Source: Escherichia coli (lineage in GTDB: Bacteria > Pseudomonadota > Gammaproteobacteria > Enterobacterales > Enterobacteriaceae). Taken from it: DNA of 64,000 nucleotides. This document shows positions 34,960-48,953 of the stretch, in pieces. The notes beneath the pieces are model-generated. The model was given only the letters and a program-made list of their open reading frames with translations. It did no database searches and was not told the origin of the DNA. The position numbers and the translations under genes were made by a program. Position 1 is the stretch's first letter; every line of letters begins with the position of its first letter. Location: the NCBI RefSeq assembly GCF_003334305.1, contig NZ_QOWS01000007.1. One strand, given 5' to 3'.

Positions 34960-35814
34960 ATGGCACTGCCAGTGAACAAACGCGTTCCCAAAATTCTGTT
35001 TATTCTCTTTGTTGTTGCCTTCTGCGTTTATTTAGTGCCGCGCGTTGCCATCAACTTCTTCTATTATCCTGACGATAAAATTTACGGTCCCGACCCCTGG
35101 TCGGCGGAATCCGTCGAATTTACGGCTAAGGACGGTACTCGTCTGCAAGGCTGGTTTATTCCTTCTTCGACGGGCCCTGCTGACAACGCCATCGCAACCA
35201 TCATTCATGCTCACGGCAATGCCGGAAATATGTCCGCCCACTGGCCGCTGGTCAGTTGGTTACCCGAGCGTAATTTCAACGTTTTTATGTTTGATTATCG
35301 CGGGTTTGGTAAATCAAAAGGCACGCCGTCCCAGGCCGGATTGCTGGACGATACGCAAAGCGCCATCAATGTGGTGCGCCATCGCAGTGATGTAAACCCA
35401 CAACGGCTGGTGCTGTTCGGGCAGAGTATTGGCGGGGCGAATATTCTTGCTGTTATTGGTCAGGGTGATCGTGAAGGCATACGTGCGGTGATCCTCGACT
35501 CCACATTTGCCTCTTATGCAACCATCGCCAACCAGATGATCCCCGGCAGTGGCTACTTACTTGATGAGAGTTACAGCGGCGAAAATTATATCGCCAGCGT
35601 CAGCCCGATCCCGCTTTTACTCATTCACGGTAAAGCTGATCACGTTATCCCATGGCAGCACAGCGAAAAGTTGTATAGCCTGGCAAAAGAGCCAAAACGG
35701 TTGATCCTAATCCCGGATGGCGAACACATTGATGCTTTTTCCGATCGCCACAGCGATGTTTATCGCGAACAGATGGTGGACTTTATCCTTAGCGCGTTGA
35801 ATCCGCAGAACTAA
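34960..35814 (+). CDS. yfhR: predicted alpha/beta hydrolase YfhR, 284 aa
   Basis: Start taken at ATG 34960 (MALPVNKR) with SD aggaaagg 4-10 nt upstream; nucleophile-elbow GQSIGG; N-terminal TM. Confidence 0.8.
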   Translation: MALPVNKRVPKILFILFVVAFCVYLVPRVAINFFYYPDDKIYGPDPWSAESVEFTAKDGTRLQGWFIPSSTGPADNAIATIIHAHGNAGNMSAHWPLVSWLPERNFNVFMFDYRGFGKSKGTPSQAGLLDDTQSAINVVRHRSDVNPQRLVLFGQSIGGANILAVIGQGDREGIRAVILDSTFASYATIANQMIPGSGYLLDESYSGENYIASVSPIPLLLIHGKADHVIPWQHSEKLYSLAKEPKRLILIPDGEHIDAFSDRHSDVYREQMVDFILSALNPQN

Positions 35815-36004
35815 CCCATGATCGCTAGCACGATAATCATTCACAAAACCACCTTAAGACATGCTAATCCACTGGTCAGAACAGTTTAAGATGAGAAAAA
35901 TTCTGTGACGCTTGCCAACATTTCTGATGATTAGCATTCCCTTCGTCATTTCCCTGAGCAAACTTTAGCTATTCTTATCAATTATGCTTATGGGAGATCT
36001 ACAG

Positions 36005-37285
36005 ATGATGCCTACGCTTGCTCCACCATCTGTCCTTTCGGCTCCCCAGCGCCGCTGCCAGATCTTGCTGACGCTCTTTCAGCCGGGGTTGACCGCCACC
36101 ATGGCAACCTTCAGCGAGCTTAATGGTGTGGATGATGATATTGCCAGTCTTGATATCAGCGAAACAGGACGGGAGATCCTGCGCTATCATCAACTCACAC
36201 TGACGACTGGTTATGACGGTAGCTACCGGGTTGAAGGTACAGTGCTTAACCAACGTTTGTGTTTATTTCACTGGCTACGACGTGGTTTCCGTCTGTGTCC
36301 ATCATTTATTACCAGCCATTTCACCCCCGCCCTGAAGAGTGAACTGAAGCGGCGCGGAATTGCGCGTAACTTTTACGACGATACCAATCTACAAGCGTTA
36401 GTGAATCTCTGCTCCCGACGGCTGCAAAAACGCTTTGAAACGCGCGATATTCATTTCCTGTGTCTGTATCTGCAATATTGTTTGCTGCAACACCACGCTG
36501 GAATTACGCCTCAGTTTAATCCGCTCCAACGTCGCTGGGCGGAATCCTGCCTTGAATTTCAGGTAGCGCAGGAAATTGGACGCCACTGGCAGCGTCGGGC
36601 GCTCCAGCCTGTACCACCTGATGAGCCACTGTTTATGGCACTACTTTTTTCCATGTTGCGGGTTCCCGATCCACTGCGGGATGCGCATCAGCGAGACAGA
36701 CAATTGCGTCAGTCTATCAAACGTCTGGTAAACCATTTTCGTGAGCTGGGAAATGTTCGTTTTTATGATGAACAGGGGTTATGTGATCAGCTTTATACCC
36801 ACCTCGCCCAGGCGTTAAATCGCAGTTTGTTTGCCATCGGTATTGATAATACCCTGCCGGAAGAGTTCGCCAGACTGTACCCACGCCTGGTGCGCACCAC
36901 CCGCGCGGCGCTGGCCGGATTTGAAAGTGAATACGGCGTCCATCTTTCTGATGAGGAAAGTGGTCTGGTCGCGGTGATTTTCGGTGCCTGGCTAATGCAG
37001 GAAAACGATCTGCATGAAAAACAGATTATTCTACTGACCGGGAATGATAGCGAGCGAGAAGCGCAGATTGAGCAGCAGTTACGCGAACTAACGTTACTGC
37101 CGCTCAACATTAAGCATATATCGGTAAAGGCATTTTTGCAGACAGGCGCTCCGCGTGGCGCGGCACTGATTATTGCGCCTTATACCATGCCATTACCGCT
37201 CTTTTCACCACCGCTGATCTATACGGACCTGACGCTGACAACACATCAACAGGAGCAGATCCGCAAAATGCTCGAATCAGCATGA
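36005..37285 (+). CDS. csiE: stationary-phase inducible protein CsiE, 426 aa
   Basis: Start at MMPTLAPPSV; length matches; 3' end overlaps hcaT 3' end by 9 nt. Confidence 0.85.
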   Translation: MMPTLAPPSVLSAPQRRCQILLTLFQPGLTATMATFSELNGVDDDIASLDISETGREILRYHQLTLTTGYDGSYRVEGTVLNQRLCLFHWLRRGFRLCPSFITSHFTPALKSELKRRGIARNFYDDTNLQALVNLCSRRLQKRFETRDIHFLCLYLQYCLLQHHAGITPQFNPLQRRWAESCLEFQVAQEIGRHWQRRALQPVPPDEPLFMALLFSMLRVPDPLRDAHQRDRQLRQSIKRLVNHFRELGNVRFYDEQGLCDQLYTHLAQALNRSLFAIGIDNTLPEEFARLYPRLVRTTRAALAGFESEYGVHLSDEESGLVAVIFGAWLMQENDLHEKQIILLTGNDSEREAQIEQQLRELTLLPLNIKHISVKAFLQTGAPRGAALIIAPYTMPLPLFSPPLIYTDLTLTTHQQEQIRKMLESA

Positions 37286-38416
37286 GGGAACAACTTTCGG
37301 GCGCAAAAACATTGCCGGAAGCGCCACCAGCGCCATTACCCAGAACACGCCGTGGCCCAGATATTGATACAGGAAACCGGCGAAAACGGTCATGATAGCG
37401 ATACTGCCGCCCATCGCGACGGCAGAGTAAACCGCCTGTAAACGGATGACTTCGCTACCCTGGCGAGCAGCAATATAACGCATGGCGGCCAGGTGGCAGA
37501 CCGTGAAGGTGCCGCAATGCAGAATTTGCACCACTATCAACCACGGCAACGCCGTAGTTGCTCCCATAATGCCCCAGCGCACTACGCCGCAAATCGCCGA
37601 GATCAACAGCATATCGCGTGCACTACAACGGCGGAAAAGTTTATTACTCAGCGCAAAGATAATGACTTCCGCCACCACGCCCAGCGACCACAAATACCCC
37701 ACCGCCGAGGCCGAGTAGCCAGCTGCCTGCCAGTAAATGGCGCTAAAACCGTAATAGGCCGCATGTGCCCCCTGCAATAAACAAACGCAGGCCAGAAAGC
37801 GCCAGTTCTGGCGAACCAGCGCCAACCACGCTGACCAACCGGTGCTCTCCTGCTGGCGGCTTGCCCCTTGTGGCTGAATCGTCGGACGGATGAGAAAGCC
37901 GAGCAGCATGGATGCCACGCCCAACGTCAACAGCGCGAGGATCACCCGATAATCAAACATAGTGACCAGTTTGCCCGTCAGCGCCGAGCCAATGACAAAC
38001 GCCACCGAGCCCCACAGTCGCACTTTGCCGTAATCAAGCGGGAACTGCTTTTGCCACGTATTCGCCAGTGCATCGGTCAACGGTACCAGCGGTGAGAAAA
38101 AGAGGTTAAAGCCAATCATCACCAGCATCAGCCACGCTACGTGCGCCCCCGCCCAGAAGGCGACAGCAAAGAGAAGTGTCAGCAGTGCCAGCACGCGCAA
38201 GGCGGAAATCAGGCGGGAAGGATCGCTGACGCGGGGCGCGATGAGCAAACTCCCGAGAAAACGGGCAACCAGACCTGCCCCCAATAACAGGCCGATGGTT
38301 TCTGGCGTTAAACCAATCCCTTTAAGCCAGACGCTCCAGAAAGGTAGAAAAATGCCGTAACTAAAAAAGTATGTGAAATAGCCGAGCGCCAACCAGCGCG
38401 TGGATTGCAAAACCAT
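37277..38416 (-). CDS. hcaT: MFS transporter HcaT (probable phenylpropionate permease), 379 aa
   Basis: 12-TM-like hydrophobic profile. Confidence 0.9.
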   Translation of the reverse strand: MVLQSTRWLALGYFTYFFSYGIFLPFWSVWLKGIGLTPETIGLLLGAGLVARFLGSLLIAPRVSDPSRLISALRVLALLTLLFAVAFWAGAHVAWLMLVMIGFNLFFSPLVPLTDALANTWQKQFPLDYGKVRLWGSVAFVIGSALTGKLVTMFDYRVILALLTLGVASMLLGFLIRPTIQPQGASRQQESTGWSAWLALVRQNWRFLACVCLLQGAHAAYYGFSAIYWQAAGYSASAVGYLWSLGVVAEVIIFALSNKLFRRCSARDMLLISAICGVVRWGIMGATTALPWLIVVQILHCGTFTVCHLAAMRYIAARQGSEVIRLQAVYSAVAMGGSIAIMTVFAGFLYQYLGHGVFWVMALVALPAMFLRPKVVPSC

Positions 38417-38575
38417 GAGTCCCTCCCGTCAGGAGGCGTTAGTCTGGGGTTAATCGAATGTTGGTGCAAGTTGAAAAATAAGAATATTCGAGCCTGCTTC
38501 CCGATGTCTGTAACGCCAGTTCACAAGCACTAAAAAACTGCGATCCGCGACGCATGTTGCAAAAATAATGCGTAA

Positions 38576-39466
38576 TTATGCCGTTACGTTTGCCAAACGT
38601 TCCTGCACAATGGCGATGAAATCGCGTAATGCCGGCTTCATCTCCCCTTTCTTCCACGCCATCAGTAAAGCAATGGAAGGCACATTTCCGGCAATGGGAC
38701 GAAAAACAACCTGTCCGGTATTAAAATTATTCATATAACCGGGTATCAAAGTGACGCCCAGCCCCATGCCCACCAGATTCATGGTCACCAGAATATTCGT
38801 TGCCACCTGGACGATATTTGGCTGGCTGTTTTCTTGCGCAAACCACGCTTTAACGATCGGCGCAAGCGAACCGGAATACGCCGGATCGGTACTGACGAAA
38901 TTCACGCCATCCAGTTGCGCGGCGGTGATCTCTTTTTCATGTGCTAAAGGGTGATCAACCGGTAACACAACCACTAATGGTTCGTCAAAAAGCTCCAGAT
39001 AATCAATCTCCGGGCTATAAACAGGATGGCGCATTAAGCCGACGTCGAGTTCACCACGGCGAATTTTTTCCTCCTGTTGCGTGGTGATTAAACTCACCAG
39101 CTCAATCAAGGTGTCTGGCTGTCTGAGACGAAACATCGGTAATACTTTTGGCAGTAAATTCACTTCCGCCGATGGCACAAAGCCAATGGTTAATTGTCTG
39201 TCTTCCTGAACAATTTTCCGCGCCCGTAATTTGGCATTTTCCGCTTGTTCGAGGATTGCCAGCGCGTCCTGGAGAAAACATTCTCCCGCCGCCGTCAACG
39301 CGACTTTGCGCTTATCCCTCACCAGTAACGGAACACCGACACAGTTTTCAAGATCGCGGATCTGGCTGCTTAACGAAGGCTGTGAGGTATGCAGTTTTTC
39401 CGCCGCACGGGTAAAGTTCAGTGCCTGCGCCACTGCGACGAAATAGCGTAAATGCCGTAGTTCCAT
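38576..39466 (-). CDS. hcaR: LysR-type activator of the hca operon HcaR, 296 aa
   Basis: Start at MELRHLRYFVAVAQALNFTRAAEKLHTSQPSLSSQIRDLE (LysR HTH); divergent from hcaE. Confidence 0.9.
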   Translation of the reverse strand: MELRHLRYFVAVAQALNFTRAAEKLHTSQPSLSSQIRDLENCVGVPLLVRDKRKVALTAAGECFLQDALAILEQAENAKLRARKIVQEDRQLTIGFVPSAEVNLLPKVLPMFRLRQPDTLIELVSLITTQQEEKIRRGELDVGLMRHPVYSPEIDYLELFDEPLVVVLPVDHPLAHEKEITAAQLDGVNFVSTDPAYSGSLAPIVKAWFAQENSQPNIVQVATNILVTMNLVGMGLGVTLIPGYMNNFNTGQVVFRPIAGNVPSIALLMAWKKGEMKPALRDFIAIVQERLANVTA

Positions 39467-39565
39467 CACCTTCCCCTTGTTATCGAAAAAACGTCTCAGC
39501 TGGTAGAAATTAACTATTTCACATATTAGCAACCAACCAGCAACATCCTTATGGCACAAAAATAG

Positions 39566-41477
<1,912 letters not shown>

Positions 41478-41478
<1 letters not shown>

Positions 41479-41798
41479 TGAATCGAATTTATGCGTGTCC
41501 CGTTGCGGATGTGCCGGAGGGTGAGGCTCTCCGGATCGATACCTCGCCCGTCATCGCCCTGTTCAACGTTGGCGGCGAGTTTTATGCCATTAACGATCGT
41601 TGCAGCCATGGTAATGCGTCAATGTCAGAAGGGTATCTGGAAGATGACGCCACGGTGGAGTGCCCGCTACACGCCGCCAGTTTTTGCCTGAAAACGGGGA
41701 AAGCGTTATGCCTGCCCGCCACCGATCCGCTCACCACTTATCCAGTACACGTTGAAGGTGGTGACATTTTCATCGACTTACCGGAGGCGCAGCCATGA
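41478..41798 (+). CDS. hcaC: Rieske ferredoxin component of 3-phenylpropionate dioxygenase, 106 aa
   Basis: [11 protein letters not shown] ... CPLHAASF Rieske motif; start overlaps hcaF stop (TGATG). Confidence 0.93.
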
Positions 41799-42607
41799 GC
41801 GATCTGCATAACGAGTCCATTTTTATTACCGGCGGCGGATCGGGATTAGGGCTGGCGCTGGTCGAGCGATTTATCGAAGAAGGCGCGCAGGTTGCCACGC
41901 TGGAACTGTCGGCGGCAAAAGTCGCCAGTCTGCGTCAGCGATTTGGCGAACATATTCTGGCGGTGGAAGGTAACGTGACCTGTTATGCCGATTATCAACG
42001 CGCGGTCGATCAGATCCTGACTCGTTCCGGCAAGCTGGATTGTTTTATCGGCAATGCAGGCATCTGGGATCACAATGCCTCACTGGTTAATACTCCCGCA
42101 GAGACGCTCGAAACCGGCTTCCACGAGCTGTTTAACGTCAATGTTCTCGGTTACCTGCTGGGCGCAAAAGCCTGCGCTCCGGCGTTAATCGCCAGTGAAG
42201 GCAGCATGATTTTCACACTGTCAAATGCCGCCTGGTATCCTGGCGGCGGTGGCCCGCTGTACACCGCCAGTAAACATGCCGCAACCGGACTTATTCGCCA
42301 ACTGGCTTATGAACTGGCACCGAAAGTGCGGGTGAATGGCGTCGGCCCGTGTGGTATGGCCAGCGACCTGCGCGGCCCACAGGCGCTCGGGCAAAGTGAA
42401 ACCTCGATAATGCAGTCTCTGACGCCGGAGAAAATTGCCGCCATTTTACCGCTGCAATTTTTCCCGCAACCGGCGGATTTTACGGGGCCGTATGTGATGT
42501 TGGCATCGCGGCGCAATAATCGCGCATTAAGCGGTGTGATGATCAACGCTGATGCGGGTTTAGCGATTCGCGGCATTCGCCACGTAGCGGCTGGGCTGGA
42601 TCTTTAA
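41795..42607 (+). CDS. hcaB: 2,3-dihydroxy-2,3-dihydrophenylpropionate dehydrogenase (SDR family), 270 aa
   Basis: SDR glycine-rich loop TGGGSGLG; start overlaps hcaC stop by 4 nt. Confidence 0.93.
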
Positions 42608-43819
<1,212 letters not shown>

Positions 43820-43915
43820 CCAGGATAATTAGCGAATATCTCAATGCCTGGGGCGTGGCGAGGTGCAAGAGTGTGTATTACGTTTAAATCACATTATCTT
43901 GCAAAGGGATTGGTT

Positions 43916-44338
43916 ATGAACACACTACGTTATTTTGATTTTGGAGCTGCCCGCCCCGTTTTGTTATTAATTGCCCGTATCGCCGTGGTCTTAATTTTCA
44001 TTATTTTTGGTTTTCCCAAAATGATGGGCTTTGACGGTACGGTCCAATATATGGCCTCGTTGGGCGCGCCAATGCCGATGCTGGCAGCGATTATTGCGGT
44101 AGTTATGGAAGTGCCCGCCGCGATATTAATCGTGCTTGGCTTTTTCACCCGTCCGCTGGCGGTGCTGTTTATTTTCTACACGCTGGGTACGGCGGTGATT
44201 GGTCACCATTACTGGGATATGACCGGCGATGCGGTTGGGCCAAATATGATTAATTTCTGGAAGAATGTCAGTATCGCTGGCGCATTCCTGCTGCTGGCAA
44301 TTACCGGGCCGGGGGCAATTTCTCTCGATCGGCGTTAG
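43916..44338 (+). CDS. yphA: DoxX-family inner-membrane protein YphA, 140 aa
   Basis: Start at MNTLRYFDF (ATG 43916); four hydrophobic segments. Confidence 0.85.
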
Positions 44339-44342
44339 GAAA

Positions 44343-44379
44343 GATGCCGGATGCGGCGTGAACGCCTTATCCGGCATTT
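44343..44379. repeat. REP element between yphA and yphB
   Basis: gatgccggatgcggcgtgaacgccttatccggcattt. Confidence 0.65.
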
Positions 44380-44385
44380 AATAAA

Positions 44386-45258
44386 TTACAGCCACTCTAC
44401 CCGCAACGACATCTCTGAAGTTGTTGATTCCCCTGGTGCTAGCGCAATGAGATCACCCCCTTCCGGGCGATGATGATCATCCGGCGCATGGCTCATCGGT
44501 TCCAGACAGAAGAAATCAAACGCATATCCTTTATCAAACGCAGGGTCGGAAACAAAGATGAAATAACACGGTGCAGGTGGCGTCGTTTCCATGATGATGG
44601 CATAACCTTCCTGCGGCTGCTCGATGCGGGCCTGACCATTCCATCCGGCAAAACCATTGTTCACCCACTGGCGCGGCAACGGCGCGGGCTGGTTAAAATC
44701 CAGTTCCTGCGGTAGCTGCTCGCAAAACTCACCCGCCAGCCACTGCTCCCGCTCCAGCCAGTAACCGCTCGCCTGTGCCTGAATCCGCGTTTGCGGCGAC
44801 AACGGAAAATAAGGATGCCAGCCGGTACCAAATGGCAGCGTCTCTGCCCCTTGATTGGTGACAGAGAGCGTCACCGTCAGCGTATCCGCCGTTAAATGAA
44901 ACGCCTGACTTACCCGATAGTGATAGACACCGCTGCGATGTTCATACACCAGACACAAACTATCATCGCTGTGCGAGACACATTGCCACTCGCCCAGCCA
45001 GCCATCGCCGTGTAGATAGTGCGCATCCCACTCAACATTCGGTTGCAGTTGATACTCACGCCCCTGCCAGACAAAACGATTGCCGCTCACCCGGTTTGCA
45101 AATGGCACCAGCGGAAAACATGAGGCATCGGTTGCCACACCGCTTTTTTTACCAGGACGTAAGAGCGGCGTCGTATCGCGCCAGAAGCCTTCGATTACGC
45201 CGCCCTGGTCAGAAACGTCCAGCTTTAGCGACCCGTGGGATAAGGTATAGATGGTCAT
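44386..45258 (-). CDS. yphB: aldose 1-epimerase (mutarotase) family protein YphB, 290 aa
   Basis: Full-length ORF; family assignment from memory. Confidence 0.85.
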   Translation of the reverse strand: MTIYTLSHGSLKLDVSDQGGVIEGFWRDTTPLLRPGKKSGVATDASCFPLVPFANRVSGNRFVWQGREYQLQPNVEWDAHYLHGDGWLGEWQCVSHSDDSLCLVYEHRSGVYHYRVSQAFHLTADTLTVTLSVTNQGAETLPFGTGWHPYFPLSPQTRIQAQASGYWLEREQWLAGEFCEQLPQELDFNQPAPLPRQWVNNGFAGWNGQARIEQPQEGYAIIMETTPPAPCYFIFVSDPAFDKGYAFDFFCLEPMSHAPDDHHRPEGGDLIALAPGESTTSEMSLRVEWL

Positions 45259-45269
45259 CCGCTAACTCC

Positions 45270-46331
45270 TTAATCCGGGAAGTTAATCACAACTTTCCCG
45301 CATTTGCCGCTCGCCATCAGCGCATAGGCATCACCTGCCTGTTCCAGCGAGAAGCGATGGGTAATGGCGTTACGCGGCCACAGTTTCCAGTCCGTCAGAT
45401 CATGGGCGCATTTTTCCATATGGAACAGACTGGTCACCCAGGAGCCGATAATCCGCCGTTGATGGTGCATCAGATCGGCGCTGACCTCGAACTCCACTTT
45501 TCCGGTTTCTCCGATGTAAACCACCCGTCCCCAGTCAGCGGTGGATCGCAGTGCCAGCAAGCGACCTGCGGCATTACCAGAACAATCGAGCGCAACATCC
45601 GCGCCACCGTGGGTGAGTTCGGCGATAATCTGCGGCAGACCTTCGGTGGTTGCTAAATAGCCGTGATCCATCACCCCTAACTGTTTTGCCATCGCCAGAC
45701 GTTCCGGCAGCATATCAACGCCGATGATCCGTTTTGCACCGCGACCTTTCGCCAGCATCATCGCCATCATGCCGACTGGCCCCAGACCGACCACCAGCAC
45801 GTTATCACTGCCGGAAACTTCGCCGCGCAAAATCCCTTCATAGGCCGTGCCAACGCCGCAACTGATAAACGCACCATCTTCGTAGCTCAGCGCATCCGGC
45901 AGGAGGATCAGATCTTTTTCTTCCGCCAGCAGATATTCGGCATGACCGCCGTCACGCTGCCAGCCGTAAGCCGCTTTTCCTTTGCCAGTACAAGAGATAG
46001 GAAAGCCGCGGCGGCAGTTCGGGCAAAAACCACAGCCAGAAATGTGATACACCAGCACGCGATCACCCTCTTTAAAATGGCGACAGCCTTGCCCCATCGC
46101 CACAATCTGCCCGCACGGTTCATGACCGTTGATAAATCCCTGGTATAACGGTTTATCGGGTGCCGCCGCCGTGGCACGGTGTTGATGATAGATATAGTGG
46201 ACATCGCTTCCGCAAATCCCGGAGGATTTCATTTTGATCAGTACCTGGTTAATCCCCGGCGTCGGCACCGCAACTTCCCGCAGATCGACGGTTGAATTTC
46301 CTGGTAAATAAGCTGCCAGCATCGTTTTCAT
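45270..46331 (-). CDS. yphC: Zn-dependent alcohol/polyol dehydrogenase family protein YphC, 353 aa
   Basis: Start at MKTMLAAYL; zinc-ADH signature GHEPCGQIVAMGQG; structural-zinc Cys cluster CGFCPNCRRGFPISC; Rossmann VVGLGPVG. Confidence 0.85.
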   Translation of the reverse strand: MKTMLAAYLPGNSTVDLREVAVPTPGINQVLIKMKSSGICGSDVHYIYHQHRATAAAPDKPLYQGFINGHEPCGQIVAMGQGCRHFKEGDRVLVYHISGCGFCPNCRRGFPISCTGKGKAAYGWQRDGGHAEYLLAEEKDLILLPDALSYEDGAFISCGVGTAYEGILRGEVSGSDNVLVVGLGPVGMMAMMLAKGRGAKRIIGVDMLPERLAMAKQLGVMDHGYLATTEGLPQIIAELTHGGADVALDCSGNAAGRLLALRSTADWGRVVYIGETGKVEFEVSADLMHHQRRIIGSWVTSLFHMEKCAHDLTDWKLWPRNAITHRFSLEQAGDAYALMASGKCGKVVINFPD

Positions 46332-46396
46332 AAATCCCTCATTAACAATACGATTAATTTTCATCCCTGCCGCACCCGCGCCAGGGGCGTTAAGGT

Positions 46397-47395
46397 TTAG
46401 CGTTTCGCTTTACTGCTTCGCTGGGTCAGCAAGATATTCGCCAGCACCGCCACCACGATGATGACGCCGCGTACCACCTGCTGGAAAAAGGAGTTAATAC
46501 CGAGCAGCACCAGACCGTTACCGATTAGCGTAATCACCAGCACACCAAGCAATGTACCGAACAGGGAACCGCGACCGCCGGAAAGTGCCGTACCGCCGAC
46601 CACGACCGCGGCGATGACGTCAAACTCCAGACCGTTTGCGGCACCTGCGTTACCAGAACCGAGGCGCGCCGCCAACAAAATGCCGGTCACCGCCGCTAAT
46701 AATCCCGAAAGGGTAAAGATAAGAATGCGCACCCGACGAACGTTGATGCCGCACAACTGCGCCGCCGTAGCATTACCGCCAACGGCAAAAACCGAGCGCC
46801 CGAAGGCGGTTTTGCGGCTGATGAACACAAACAGCGCAAACAACACAATCATGATCAGCGCGGATACCGGCACACCGAGAAATTGTCCGCCCAGCCAGTC
46901 CAGCACCTCGTTTTCGTCAATCGGCACTGGCAGTGCGTTCGTCATAAACAGCCCCATTCCGCGCAGGGCGCTCCACAGCCCCAGTGTGGCAACGAAACTT
47001 GGTACGTTAAACACGCCGCGCAGCACCCCGGCCAGCGTTCCCATCAGCGCGCCTAACAGCAACACCAGCAGACACGCCACCGCCAGCGGAACTTCAAATT
47101 GCAGCAAAAATGCCAGGCACACCGAGACAAAAGCCACCATCGGCCCAACGCTGACATCAATTTCACCGGAGATAATAATCAGCGTCATCGCCCAGGCGGC
47201 AATCCCAATGGTGGCGGCATCGCGCAGCACGTTCATCTGGTTATTCAATGAGATAAAGCCAGGCGCGTTCAGGGAGAAGACCAGATAAAGAATGGCGATT
47301 ACCACCAGCAAACCGATCTCATTAATATGGCGACTGACAAATTGTTTGAGCGAGACGCTCTTGCCCTGCGGCAATGATAATGACGAAGCAGACAT
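46397..47395 (-). CDS. yphD: sugar ABC transporter permease YphD, 332 aa
   Basis: Multi-TM hydrophobic protein, ribose/xylose-type permease pattern. Confidence 0.88.
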   Translation of the reverse strand: MSASSLSLPQGKSVSLKQFVSRHINEIGLLVVIAILYLVFSLNAPGFISLNNQMNVLRDAATIGIAAWAMTLIIISGEIDVSVGPMVAFVSVCLAFLLQFEVPLAVACLLVLLLGALMGTLAGVLRGVFNVPSFVATLGLWSALRGMGLFMTNALPVPIDENEVLDWLGGQFLGVPVSALIMIVLFALFVFISRKTAFGRSVFAVGGNATAAQLCGINVRRVRILIFTLSGLLAAVTGILLAARLGSGNAGAANGLEFDVIAAVVVGGTALSGGRGSLFGTLLGVLVITLIGNGLVLLGINSFFQQVVRGVIIVVAVLANILLTQRSSKAKR

Positions 47396-47419
47396 CTTCA
47401 GGTTCCTCGGTAAAATTCA

Positions 47420-48931
47420 TCAGTGCACAGACAGAATGGCGGACATCAGCTCATCCACATTGACCGGCGAGTGAAACTCCTGCGAGAACGTACCGTGCTG
47501 TAACAACAGGATGCGGTCGCACACCAGCGGCAACTCCTCCACTTCACTGGAGATAAACACCACGCTTTTTCCTTCGGCAGCCAGCTCACGGACAATACGG
47601 TAAATCTGCTGTTTGGCTTCGATATCGACGCCGCGCGTTGGCTCGTCGAGCAACAAAATCTGGCTGGCGGCATAGACCCAACGACCGATCACCACTTTTT
47701 GCTGATTGCCGCCAGAAAGCGTGCCGATGGGCGTTTCGCTACTGGCGGCCTTGACCGTCATCCGCTGCATCACCTCTTCGGTCAGGCGGCGGATGGTGGA
47801 CCATTGCAGTACGCCGTTGGCGCTGATTTTTTGCCGATTGGTCAGCACTGTATTTTCGTCAACGCCCAACCAGGGAATGATCCCCGCTTCTTTGCGGTTT
47901 TCTGGCGTATAGCCAATGCCGCGTTTCAGCATGTCGCCGTAATCGGGGCGCGTGATTTTCTCGCCGTTGATAACAATTTCGCCCTGTTCATACTCCTCCA
48001 GCCCAACAATCGCCTTCAGCAATTCACTGCGCCCTGCCCCCAGCAGGCCAGCAATGCCAAGCACTTCGCCGCGACGTAACGTAAAGCTGATATCCTCCAG
48101 CTTGGGCTTATGGCGTAATGCACGGACTTCCAGCACGGCCTGATCCACAATTTCCTGAGGGGCTACCGGCGCAATATCAACGTGATCACGCCCTAGCATT
48201 AGCGACACAATATGATGCGTGGAGGTGTTTTCGAGCATCACATCGCCCGCCACCTGACCATCGCGCATAACGGTGGCACAGGAGGCAATGCGGCGGATTT
48301 CTTCCATCCGGTGGCTGACATAAATCACCGCCACGCCCAGTGCCGACATCTTTTTCACCGCACTGATCACCAGTTCAACTTCTGCACTGGCAAGCGAGCT
48401 GGTGGGTTCATCAAGAATGACCACGCGCGGCTCGCCCTTCATCACCCGTGCAATTTCCACCAGTTGCTTTTGCGCCGGGCTTAGCGTTGAAACAAGTTGT
48501 TCAGGACTAACGTCAACGCCCAGCGCCTGTAAGCAACGTTGGGCATCCTGCGCCATTTGCAGGTAATCAATCATGCCGTTGCGGCGAGGCCATTGACCAA
48601 GGCAGAGGTTTTCTGCCACCGTCAGCCCTTCCACCAGACTTAATTCCTGATAAACCGCACGAACCCCCAGTTCAGCGGCACGGCGAGTCAACGTAGCTTC
48701 GTCACCTTCCAGTCGCGTCTCGCCAATCCAGATATCACCGCTATCCGGGCGTTCGCTGCCGGTAAGCATTCGAATGAGAGTCGATTTGCCCGCGCCGTTT
48801 TTACCTAACAGCGCACGAACTTCGCCTTTATTGAGCGTGAAGTTAACGTTATCCAGCGCAACGACGCCGGGGTAACGCTTATTTCCTGCCACCACTTTTG
48901 CTACCGGGACTGCCTCTGTTGCCGTGAACAT
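47420..48931 (-). CDS. yphE: sugar ABC transporter ATP-binding protein YphE (duplicated ATPase), 503 aa
   Basis: Two Walker A motifs GKNGAGKST and GLLGAGRSE; two signature motifs LSPAQKQ and LSGGNQQK. Confidence 0.9.
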   Translation of the reverse strand: MFTATEAVPVAKVVAGNKRYPGVVALDNVNFTLNKGEVRALLGKNGAGKSTLIRMLTGSERPDSGDIWIGETRLEGDEATLTRRAAELGVRAVYQELSLVEGLTVAENLCLGQWPRRNGMIDYLQMAQDAQRCLQALGVDVSPEQLVSTLSPAQKQLVEIARVMKGEPRVVILDEPTSSLASAEVELVISAVKKMSALGVAVIYVSHRMEEIRRIASCATVMRDGQVAGDVMLENTSTHHIVSLMLGRDHVDIAPVAPQEIVDQAVLEVRALRHKPKLEDISFTLRRGEVLGIAGLLGAGRSELLKAIVGLEEYEQGEIVINGEKITRPDYGDMLKRGIGYTPENRKEAGIIPWLGVDENTVLTNRQKISANGVLQWSTIRRLTEEVMQRMTVKAASSETPIGTLSGGNQQKVVIGRWVYAASQILLLDEPTRGVDIEAKQQIYRIVRELAAEGKSVVFISSEVEELPLVCDRILLLQHGTFSQEFHSPVNVDELMSAILSVH

Positions 48932-48953
48932 AGGGACCTCTGCGAATCAGCGA